A DNA stretch of 20,000 bases, from IMG/VR virus record IMGVR_UViG_3300032293_002036, one strand, 5' to 3'. The translations under genes and the position numbers were made by a program. Positions 1 to 7,045 of this stretch are shown here, piece after piece. The notes beneath the pieces are model-generated. The model worked only from the letters and a program-made list of their open reading frames with translations, did no database searches and was not told where the DNA came from. How positions within the stretch are numbered: position 1 is the first letter of the stretch; each line of letters begins with the position of its first letter. Source of the DNA: an uncultured virus (IMG/VR IMGVR_UViG_3300032293_002036) (Duplodnaviria > Heunggongvirae > Uroviricota > Caudoviricetes).

Positions 1-553
1 AACGCATGCAGTCGGCGCAGTGTTTGGCTTGAGCGTCCAAGATGCGCTCCATCAGTCCGTGGCCCTGCTGTTGTTTGCGAAGCTCGGTTCCTTGCCAGTA
101 CGAGCCACGAACGCTTTGTGCATATAAGCCGATGCGAGCAATGGCCATTGGAGCAGAAACGCGCTGCTCTAGAAGATTACGGGCAAAACTTTGTAAATAA
201 GCATACTCACCCCGTAGCCTTTGACCAATCCGGCCAAACTCCCCACTGCCCATGTTGCTTTTTCCGCCATAGCCAACAATTGCCGCTTGAATGTGGGCGC
301 CTTTGATTGCCTCTCGAACACTGCCTTCCCATTGGTCAAGCGTAATACTACCACTACTAAGCATTCTCGTGAAACGCTTCAAAGTGGTTTCGAGCTTGTC
401 AATGCGGGCGTCAACAAGCTTTTCAATAGAGACTTGGCTTAGGAAGCGACCTTTTTCATCGCGATAGCGTCCGCTGCGCTGGTCGTAGGACCATGCAGCA
501 TCGAGCCTTGTTGACAGAACGATAAAGGAAAACTGGCTTAGATCATTCAGCAT
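1..553 (-). CDS. Phage head morphogenesis protein (Mu gpF/SPP1 gp7-like), truncated at the window edge
   Basis: Not in the ORF track. Translated by hand from ATG 553, overlapping the portal end: MLNDLSQFSFIVLSTRLDAAWSYDQRSGRYRDEKGRFLS...ERILDAQAKHCADCMR, open to the window edge. Lies directly downstream of the portal and has a C-terminal HCxxC motif. Confidence 0.65.
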   Translation of the reverse strand, partial: MLNDLSQFSFIVLSTRLDAAWSYDQRSGRYRDEKGRFLSQVSIEKLVDARIDKLETTLKRFTRMLSSGSITLDQWEGSVREAIKGAHIQAAIVGYGGKSNMGSGEFGRIGQRLRGEYAYLQSFARNLLEQRVSAPMAIARIGLYAQSVRGSYWQGTELRKQQQGHGLMERILDAQAKHCADCMR

Positions 554-2603
554 TGTCGGCTTCCAGAAGTTCCTTGAAGCGAGCGGGGGCTTCGCTCTTC
601 CATTCCTCAAGAGCCTTGTCGATGTCCTCTTCGGAGATAAATGCGGCTTCATCAACGCCACCAAGGATGCGTCCTTCAACAGTCATGGGGTCAATGGCAT
701 CCACTTTGCTGCTGACCATCTTGGCTGCACCTTTCCGCTCGGGATTGGGGTCTGACTTGCGCTTGCGGGCAACGATGGTTTCGCGCTCTTCTTTGCTCAT
801 GCCCTGGGCTTTTGCCTTCGGCAAGCACTTGGGCTTTCCTTCCCCCTCTTTCCGACCGCCGCATTCACCAAGAATTTCCCCATTGGCCCCAATGCGCACC
901 CACTCCTCTTTGAACCACTGATCCAAATCGTCAGAGTGAATTTCTTCACCGTCCTTGCCGCTAAAGGCGCCAGAAGACGACCCATGCTTGCGCTTGTACA
1001 GTTCTTTGTACTGCTTCACCATGTAAGCACTGGCGTAGGCGCTTGGCCACACCTTGAACTTTGTCTTGGCCGCCGCGATGGCTTGCTGATGGAGGTCCTT
1101 GTCAGTAAACTTCACATCGCCGCGCACTTTCTCCAATTCCTTTTCCAGAAACAGGCCTGCGGAGTCCTCCACTTCTCGCGTGCCATCCATGGGAAGAGTG
1201 CCGTTCTCTTCGTTCATGGGATCGCGCCCGCCAGGAGGCACTTTCATCTCACCGCCCTTGCTGGGAAGTTCCCGGACCACGGAAGGATCCAGGGTGAGTT
1301 CCATCGACCACTCGGAGCCCCCGTAACGGGCATCTGCCACCTCCTTCGGACTGAGTACGCCGAGTTGCACGTAGCGCCCGTCCACGGCTGCCACGCGGGC
1401 TCTTACGTCGGCCTTCTCGCGCTCGTTCAGCTCGAAGAGATCGTTGAACTTGACGCGCCAGGAGTCCGGGATGGTGCCGTTCGTAGGGCCGTCTTTGCTG
1501 AGGAGAATCAACTCCATCAGTTGCTTCATTGGCCGCTTGAAATGAGCCCCTTGGTAGTCACCGAGCATCTTGGCAAAGTCTCGCTCTTCACTCCGGCCAG
1601 TGGACCCAAGTCCACCAGGGCTCTCTCCGAACAGAATCGTGTGCGGAATCTGAGAAGCTCCAATGATGTCAATGCGAAGCTTCTCAAGGATGTCACCCAC
1701 TCCAGAAAGGTTTCGACTGATGAAGTCAAGCTCTTCTTTCTCAGCGTCGATGGCGTAGCCGCGATAGACGCTTTTGCTCATGTCGTTCAGAACCAAGCGC
1801 TCGCGAACGTCTTTCTCCTTGCCAGCAGCAAGCATCGTTGAAAGGCCGCGCAGCTTGTGCACGAAAATGTCAAACTCGGAAAGCAGCGTTGCTGCAGAGC
1901 TAACGCCAGACGAGTAGAAGCGGAAACTGTCGTAGACGCTTTGAAGAGTGCTCATTCCCCACCCATAGTTCCGTTGGCGGATGCGGTAGGGCAGCCACTC
2001 CCCGTCAAACCTCAGAATGCGATCTTTATGGATATAGGTGAGGGCAGGGTTCTGGATGAGGTCGCCAGAAATGATCTGATATTTTGTCGCCTTGGAATAG
2101 TCGTAGAGATTCTCCTCTGTGATGACAGGGGCAATTTGCCAGCGGTCTAGCACCTCCATTCCTTGAATGCTGCGAATGTTGTTGCGATCTACGGGCTGGT
2201 CAGCGCTTCTTCCATCGTCGATGTAGAGAAGAATGACGGCCCCGCCAAACAGTCGGGCATTCTTGCAGGCAAGTCCAAGATTCTCAAGGATGTACAAATC
2301 CTCAATCACCTGTTCAATGCCGGACACCACCTTGGCCTCCGCTCCTTCTCCTCCAAACAGCACCTTGAAACCTTTCCGCGTGGCCTGCTCAGCAACGATG
2401 TCAATGATTCGCTTCGGAATCCACTCGGAGTAGAGATTTTCAAGCTCTTCCTGGGTGAGGAAAACGATGGGGGTGGCGGTGGTGTACTGGCTCTTGTCGC
2501 GACGTGTGCCCATTCCAGTAAGGGCATTCACCAAGCCATCCATACGAAGGCCGGCACCACCGTTATGCCCAAGGTTCACGATCTCTTCCACTGTGCAATC
2601 CAT
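543..2603 (-). CDS. Portal protein, DUF1073/HI1409 type, with an extra C-terminal domain
   Basis: 686 aa. Motifs 'KRIIDIVAEQATRKGF', 'ARLFGGAVI', 'IHKDRILRFDG', 'GWGMSTLQ', 'IIGASQIPHTILFGESPGGLGSTG' and 'F.DLFELNEREKA' are typical of DUF1073 portal-like proteins. Next to a Mu F-like gene. Confidence 0.85.
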   Translation of the reverse strand: MDCTVEEIVNLGHNGGAGLRMDGLVNALTGMGTRRDKSQYTTATPIVFLTQEELENLYSEWIPKRIIDIVAEQATRKGFKVLFGGEGAEAKVVSGIEQVIEDLYILENLGLACKNARLFGGAVILLYIDDGRSADQPVDRNNIRSIQGMEVLDRWQIAPVITEENLYDYSKATKYQIISGDLIQNPALTYIHKDRILRFDGEWLPYRIRQRNYGWGMSTLQSVYDSFRFYSSGVSSAATLLSEFDIFVHKLRGLSTMLAAGKEKDVRERLVLNDMSKSVYRGYAIDAEKEELDFISRNLSGVGDILEKLRIDIIGASQIPHTILFGESPGGLGSTGRSEERDFAKMLGDYQGAHFKRPMKQLMELILLSKDGPTNGTIPDSWRVKFNDLFELNEREKADVRARVAAVDGRYVQLGVLSPKEVADARYGGSEWSMELTLDPSVVRELPSKGGEMKVPPGGRDPMNEENGTLPMDGTREVEDSAGLFLEKELEKVRGDVKFTDKDLHQQAIAAAKTKFKVWPSAYASAYMVKQYKELYKRKHGSSSGAFSGKDGEEIHSDDLDQWFKEEWVRIGANGEILGECGGRKEGEGKPKCLPKAKAQGMSKEERETIVARKRKSDPNPERKGAAKMVSSKVDAIDPMTVEGRILGGVDEAAFISEEDIDKALEEWKSEAPARFKELLEADNAE

Positions 2604-2617
2604 TGTGTGTTGTATTC

Positions 2618-2644
2618 ATCTTAGCAAGTGGCTACAGTGGCTAC
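2618..2644 (-). promoter_or_regulatory. Putative extended -10 promoter for the portal operon, with an adjacent tandem 9-bp repeat
   Basis: TG-C-TAAGAT on the minus strand (2626-2618), just upstream of ATG 2603. AGTGGCTAC is repeated at 2627-2635 and 2636-2644 in the 50-bp divergent gap. Confidence 0.4.
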
Positions 2645-2653
2645 GTTTTCTGA

Positions 2654-3145
2654 ATGATTATGCACACCCCCATTGAGTTTGTCTTTACAGAGGAAGAGCG
2701 CCAACAAGCAATGGAGGAGGGGCAGAGGCGTCAGTCGGTCAATGAGAGCAAAGGGCTTCGTGGTCGCAACGGCGGAGCATGGAAAGGCAGCAAGGCCCTT
2801 GACATTCACATGTTGGGAGCGGCAGGTGAAATGGCGGTGGCTTCCTACCTCGGAATGAAGGACCATCTATACAAGGAAACGGAAGCTCGACGCGGCTCCG
2901 ACGATCTGCCGGGAATTGATGTGAAGACTCGCTCAAAAGCATCTTATGACTTGATTGTGCAAAAAGGAGAAGATAGCCAGCGAATCTTTGTTTTAGTGAC
3001 GATCGAAAGACAGAGGACGTTAATATGGGGCTGGTGTTACGGCCACGAGGCAATGCAAGAGCGGTTCTGGGCTGATCCTGCGCGAGGCAGGCCTGCCTAT
3101 TTTGTAGGGAAAGAGCACTTGCACCCCATGGAGGCCTTGAAATGA
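2654..3145 (+). CDS. Hypothetical phage protein, PD-(D/E)XK nuclease-like
   Basis: 163 aa. 'LGAAGEMAVASYLG...DDLPGIDVKT' matches the E...D...D-x-K pattern. Its stop overlaps the next ATG (ATGA). Confidence 0.6.
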   Translation: MIMHTPIEFVFTEEERQQAMEEGQRRQSVNESKGLRGRNGGAWKGSKALDIHMLGAAGEMAVASYLGMKDHLYKETEARRGSDDLPGIDVKTRSKASYDLIVQKGEDSQRIFVLVTIERQRTLIWGWCYGHEAMQERFWADPARGRPAYFVGKEHLHPMEALK

Positions 3146-3852
3146 CTAAGCAAGATCCAAATCGTTTTTATGTCTACGCATATTTAAGGTCTAAGGACTC
3201 GGAGCATGGGAAGAGACTAATGCCTTACTATATTGGCAAAGGTCACGGCAATAGGGCTTTTAGCACAAGCAGGCGAGGGGCACCAAGACCCAAGGATACA
3301 AATTTTGTTGTTTTCATCCAAGAGGGCTTGACGGAAGAAGATGCTTTTGCCTTGGAAATATATTGCATTAAACTGTACGGAAGGATTGACACTGGAACCG
3401 GCATCCTCCGCAACCTCACGGACGGCGGAGAAGGGGCGTCTGGCACCGTGACAAGTGAAGAGACGTGCCGCAAATTGTCAAAAGCACTAATTGGAAACCG
3501 GCGACGTTTTGGAAAGCCGCAAACGCAAGCAGCCAAGGACAAAGTATCGCGATCCCTTCTTGGCAACAAGCGCTCCCTTGGGAGATTGCATACGCAAGAA
3601 ACAAAAGACAAAATGTCGTTATCACGTACTGGAAAAAATCACACGCGGGAGTCAAGGGTGAAAATGTCTCAATCAAGACTCAAATATCTTTATGAGTTGA
3701 TCGACCCCGCAGGAGAGGTTTACATGACCGACAATCTTAAGGACTTCGCGAAGCAATATGGATTACATCAAAGCGCTCTGCAGCAAATGGTCAACGGCAA
3801 AAGAAATCACCATCAAGGTTGGACTGGGCAAATTGCCAAAGCATTAAGATGA
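3142..3852 (+). CDS. GIY-YIG homing endonuclease with NUMOD3-type repeats
   Basis: 'FYVYAYLR...PYYIGKG..NRA...EEDAFALE...NLTDGGEG' catalytic domain, followed by repeated H(T/S)xE(T/S)(K/R)xKMS-like motifs. AT-rich relative to neighbours. ATGA overlaps at both ends. Confidence 0.85.
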   Translation: MTKQDPNRFYVYAYLRSKDSEHGKRLMPYYIGKGHGNRAFSTSRRGAPRPKDTNFVVFIQEGLTEEDAFALEIYCIKLYGRIDTGTGILRNLTDGGEGASGTVTSEETCRKLSKALIGNRRRFGKPQTQAAKDKVSRSLLGNKRSLGRLHTQETKDKMSLSRTGKNHTRESRVKMSQSRLKYLYELIDPAGEVYMTDNLKDFAKQYGLHQSALQQMVNGKRNHHQGWTGQIAKALR

Positions 3853-5225
3853 CTCTGAAGTGCAGCGAATTCGCAAAGTTAGTCCTCCAGTTGGAGCTGT
3901 GGCCTGAGCAGCAGCGCATTCTTGACTCTTATTTTGGCGGAGACAAGACTCATGCAGTGTGGGCCTTGGGAAGACGGTGCGGCAAGACGCTCATGGCTTC
4001 TATTGCGGCTTTGTACGCTTGTTTTGTCTTAGAAGACAAATACAGAAGACACGTCAGAAAGTCTGAAAAGTTTTACATCCTTACTATCGCTAACGACCAA
4101 AGTCAAGCGAAACTTGCGCTTAACAATATCAGACAATTGCTACTGGATAGCCCGCTGGCAGACGAGATCAAAAGGGAGACTGCCACTGAGATTGAAATAA
4201 GCAATAATTGTATCTTCCAGGCTATACCTGCCTCGGCCAGGACCTCCCGAGGCAAGGCTGTGGTCATGCTGATCATGGACGAGTTGAGCTTTGCGCTGGA
4301 GGGCGATGCAAACCGTGGTGCATCAGCCATCTACCAGGCGCTCTCCCCCTCGATCGCTCAGTTTGGCAAGCACGGTCGGATTCTGGAGTTGTCCTCCCCG
4401 TGGCTCACGGACGGCCTGTTCTACCAGCACTACTGCTGGGCCACGTCAGGCGACTACCCCTTCATGCAGGCCGAAAACCTGCCCACTTGGACCGTCAACC
4501 CCAACCTCCCGTGGGGCTGCCCGTTCCTTGAGGCCGAACTCAAGCGCAACCCTGAAACTTTCTGGGTGGAATATGGCGCTCAGTTCGCGAAGAACAACTC
4601 AGCGCTCCTCGATGCGCAGATTGTCGATGTGGCGGTCAACCATGACAGGGGTATCCTGTTTCCGCAAAAGCCGGTGATGGGCACCTACGTGCTCGCCTTG
4701 GACCCTGCGCGTGGGGGCGTGGGCCGAGACGATTACACCGCCTGCATCGTGCATTACGAAGGCGAGAGGCTTGTGGTAGACAAGTTCCATGCTTTCGAGC
4801 CTGACTTTGACATTGGTGGCAAGAAGGAAGTGAACATTGCCAAGGTTGAAGAATGGATTAAGGAGCACCACCGCATTTACGACTTCCAAAGCATCGTGCT
4901 TGACCAGTTCAACAGCTCTGGCACTATTCAGTCGATGTCGAAAGATTTCCCCATCGCTGAGCTGGCTTGGTCTGTCAGCACAAAGATGAAGGCATTCAGC
5001 AAGATGAAAGAGCTTTTCAATGCTGGCCTCATTGAGCTGTATCCTCATGACAAAGCCGTGAAGCAGCTCAAAAACCTGAGCGTCATCTACAGGAGCAGTG
5101 GTCAATGGGCGGTGACTGGCGGCAAAGAAGTGGGCATTGACGACTACGCTTTTGCATTGGCCGGCGCAATCCTGGAGGCTTCAAAGGATAACGACATCGA
5201 CTGGTTGAACAGCCTTGTTCGCTGA
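3849..5225 (+). CDS. terL: Terminase large subunit
   Basis: Walker A 'GRRCGKT', adenine-binding 'LWPEQ', Walker B 'VMLIMDE', coupling motif 'LSSP', RNase H-like nuclease 'LALDPA' and C-terminal 'DDYAFAL'. Start placed at ATG 3849 (ATGA overlap with the endonuclease stop). Confidence 0.9.
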   Translation: MTLKCSEFAKLVLQLELWPEQQRILDSYFGGDKTHAVWALGRRCGKTLMASIAALYACFVLEDKYRRHVRKSEKFYILTIANDQSQAKLALNNIRQLLLDSPLADEIKRETATEIEISNNCIFQAIPASARTSRGKAVVMLIMDELSFALEGDANRGASAIYQALSPSIAQFGKHGRILELSSPWLTDGLFYQHYCWATSGDYPFMQAENLPTWTVNPNLPWGCPFLEAELKRNPETFWVEYGAQFAKNNSALLDAQIVDVAVNHDRGILFPQKPVMGTYVLALDPARGGVGRDDYTACIVHYEGERLVVDKFHAFEPDFDIGGKKEVNIAKVEEWIKEHHRIYDFQSIVLDQFNSSGTIQSMSKDFPIAELAWSVSTKMKAFSKMKELFNAGLIELYPHDKAVKQLKNLSVIYRSSGQWAVTGGKEVGIDDYAFALAGAILEASKDNDIDWLNSLVR

Positions 5226-5240
5226 TGGCCAGTAGAATTT

Positions 5241-5624
5241 TCAAGAATTTGTAATTATCGCATTTCGTGAAAAACCCAGTATTTGACCTGTCGATGAAAG
5301 AGGCGTCCTATTTGATTGCCCTGCTCGAAGCTGATCGCCAAACTGCCCTGCAACTTTTGGCCGCAGATCATTTTTACGAGCCGTCTCTTTTGCCGCGCCT
5401 GAGGAAGTTTCAACAACTGCTGAAAAACCAGCAACTGCTGAAGGACAAGGAGGCTTCTGCCAGTGGCGAATGACGCCAGCAACAATGAAGCCGTTTGTGA
5501 CCATGTATGAAATGAGAACAATCGTTCTCATAAGAGCGACAACGTCTGCTTCTTTTTCATTCCTGCCTGCCTTTGGGCCCATCGCCAGTGCCCACATCCG
5601 CCAAGCACTTTGCCTCTTCCGCAT
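5241..5624 (-). CDS. Small conserved phage membrane protein (WxxWAxAxGxKAG...IVAGVIRHW type) with a C-terminal run-on
   Basis: 'WRMWALAMGPKAGRNEKEADVVALMRTIVLISYMVTNGFIVAGVIRHW' resembles, from memory, a small hypothetical protein common in cyanophages. One hydrophobic segment. Confidence 0.55.
   Translation of the reverse strand: MRKRQSAWRMWALAMGPKAGRNEKEADVVALMRTIVLISYMVTNGFIVAGVIRHWQKPPCPSAVAGFSAVVETSSGAAKETARKNDLRPKVAGQFGDQLRAGQSNRTPLSSTGQILGFSRNAIITNS
5267..5473 (+). CDS. Small hypothetical protein
   Basis: 68 aa helical-looking ORF right after terL on the same strand. GTG start. Confidence 0.45.
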   Translation: MKNPVFDLSMKEASYLIALLEADRQTALQLLAADHFYEPSLLPRLRKFQQLLKNQQLLKDKEASASGE

Positions 5625-5802
5625 GAATCCAATCCTTTAGCTCTGCCACATATTGTCGCAGCATTTGAGCCTTTTGAAGGTGCCAAGGGTCGCGATGGGA
5701 GAGGAATAGTTCGGTGTGCCCGTCAATAGCCTTGAGGAGATTGTGAATGGGCGCGTTCCAGCGTGATCGGACAACGGTGTCAAACGTCCTGCGATCGTTC
5801 AC
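5557..5802 (-). CDS. Hypothetical protein
   Basis: 81 aa ORF overlapping the phosphoesterase end on the same strand. Natural composition. Confidence 0.55.
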   Translation of the reverse strand: MNDRRTFDTVVRSRWNAPIHNLLKAIDGHTELFLSHRDPWHLQKAQMLRQYVAELKDWIHAEEAKCLADVGTGDGPKGRQE

Positions 5803-6319
5803 GGTCCTTGAAGAAGTCTTTGATGCACTCTAAAGGCACAGGACTAAAGTCATGCTGCTCTACGCAGCAGTTGAAATACTTCTGATCTGGCTGGCCGTTG
5901 GCGTCCTTCACTTCAAAGCAGTGCAAGTGGCCATGTGCATTGCCAGCGTACCTCCCAGACAAACTGTCAGGATGCACGGGAATATGAGTGAAGATCACGC
6001 CATCTCGATAGAAGGCGCCACGAATGTCCACAAAGTGATTCGCATAGTCCTGAAGCTTGTAAATGTCATGGTTGCCTTTAATCAGCACCTTGCTTCCATT
6101 GAAGCGATCTAAGAGGCTGAGCCCCGAGCGTGGAATGGCCACGTCGCCCAAGATGTAAAGCCGATCCTTTGGACTAACCACCTTGTTGAACCTCTCGATC
6201 ATCGTCTCATGCATCTCCTCAATGGAAGAGAAAGGACGCATGTGCGTGCCATCGGGGTTGACAAAAGAAAGCATCTTGGAGTGGCCAAGATGCAAGTCCG
6301 AGGTGACAAAAGCGGCCAA
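5780..6319 (-). CDS. Calcineurin-like metallophosphoesterase
   Basis: All family motifs are present: 'SDLHLGH', 'LGDV', 'GNHD', 'FTHIP', 'HGHLH'. TTG start. Confidence 0.9.
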   Translation of the reverse strand: MAAFVTSDLHLGHSKMLSFVNPDGTHMRPFSSIEEMHETMIERFNKVVSPKDRLYILGDVAIPRSGLSLLDRFNGSKVLIKGNHDIYKLQDYANHFVDIRGAFYRDGVIFTHIPVHPDSLSGRYAGNAHGHLHCFEVKDANGQPDQKYFNCCVEQHDFSPVPLECIKDFFKDRERSQDV

Positions 6320-6340
6320 CGGAACGAAAGCGGGGTTTTT

Positions 6341-6349
6341 ATTGTATCA
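6341..6349 (-). promoter_or_regulatory. Putative extended -10 promoter for the phosphoesterase
   Basis: TG-A-TACAAT on the minus strand, about 20 nt upstream of the start codon. Confidence 0.45.
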
Positions 6350-6352
6350 GAA

Positions 6353-6446
6353 GGGGAGAGGACGGAGTCGAACCGTCGTGACCCAGCGAGGGAATCGAAC
6401 CCAGCACAACAGATACATCCATTGTCGCCACCAAGACGTCTCTCCC
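6353..6446 (-). ncRNA. tRNA-like RNA (no canonical anticodon arm, two T-loops)
   Basis: Perfect 7-bp acceptor-like stem GGGAGAG/CUCUCCC stacked on a canonical T-arm GACGG-UUCGACU-CCGUC. D-like hairpin GUC-UUGGUGGC-GAC. Second T-loop hairpin GGG-UUCGAUU-CCC. No encoded CCA. Confidence 0.6.
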
Positions 6447-6514
6447 AGTGACCTCCAGGTTTGAGCATCGTTGAGAGGCTTAGGAGGTGTTGATAATGAC
6501 CCATGCGTAACTGA

Positions 6515-6690
6515 TGGGGGCAGTCAGAGGCCTGAGCGCTATCAGCCAGGAAGAGCACCCCGCACCGTCGGCGGACTCCAGAACTGGCAATGCCCGATGC
6601 CGAAGCAGTGCGGGTGCTGCAGGAGGCGATCAACCCTCCTGGCCTGCCAAGGCAGGTCTTAGAACGCAAGCCAGCAAGACTACTTCCCGA
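6515..6690 (-). ncRNA. manA-like structured RNA (boundaries approximate)
   Basis: Nested stems GCACCC-GCAC...GUGC-GGGGUGC (6617-6555) enclose GC-UUCG-GC, UCGG/CCGA, GGGC/GUCC and CCAG/CUGG, closed by GCCAGGA/UCCUGGC. The string CACUGC..GCAUCGGGCAUUGCCAG..CUGGAGUC..CGAC.GUGC..GGGUG...CUGAUAGCGC resembles the cyanophage manA RNA motif as I recall it; not searched. Confidence 0.5.
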
Positions 6691-6789
6691 CGACGCGGGT
6701 TCTTGAACGGGCTGCTCTCCATTGACAGAGCAATGGAGGGGATAAGGAAAGCACATGCATATTTAAGCTCAATTTAAAATTAAGCCGCT

Positions 6790-7011
6790 TGATACTTTCC
6801 CTCAATTCCAGTTGTTGCTGCGACACCGTCTACACACTGGCAAACTCTAACGGTGAAAGCGAGTCCCATCCTCGCTGGGCTTGTCAATGAGGCTAACAAG
6901 CGCTGCCTCTCCGTGTTGCCGGAGATACGCAGACGAAGGAGCAAACGTACCGTGCCAAGCCCGAGGTGAAATACATCCACCCGTAGGCCGGTAGGGACGT
7001 GTTCCCGTCGC
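6790..7011 (-). ncRNA. Unidentified multi-hairpin structured RNA
   Basis: Successive hairpins: GGGA/UCCC, GGUGGA/UUCACC, CUGC..UCUCCG-GCAACA-CGGAGA..GCAG, CUUGUUA-GCCUCAU-UGACAAG, AGCGAG-GAUGGGA-CUCGCU. No credible ORF. Promoter immediately upstream. Confidence 0.45.
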
Positions 7012-7016
7012 TTGAA

Positions 7017-7025
7017 ACTATAGCA
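7017..7025 (-). promoter_or_regulatory. Putative extended -10 promoter for the ncRNA cluster
   Basis: TG-C-TATAGT followed by TTCAAGCGAC. The same TTTCAAGCGAC string follows the putative DUF932 promoter (~18514-18524). Confidence 0.55.
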
Positions 7026-7045
7026 CCCTTGGGCAGCGAGCGGTA

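Noticed and set aside
543..2603. Anti-CBASS Acb1 nuclease (a label often attached to DUF1073 proteins)
   Set aside because: No pair of HxT/S 2H-phosphoesterase motifs seen. Motifs and context fit a portal.
6199..6980. ORFs 6199-6756, 6514-6777 and 6780-6980 as proteins
   Set aside because: Atypical composition, no motifs, partial overlap with the phosphoesterase. The region is better explained as structured RNA.
6353..7011. GOLLD RNA, tmRNA or canonical tRNA genes
   Set aside because: No 7-nt anticodon loop. Both acceptor strands lie within 94 nt, with no G3-U70 pair, CCA or tag ORF. No GOLLD-like features that I recognise.
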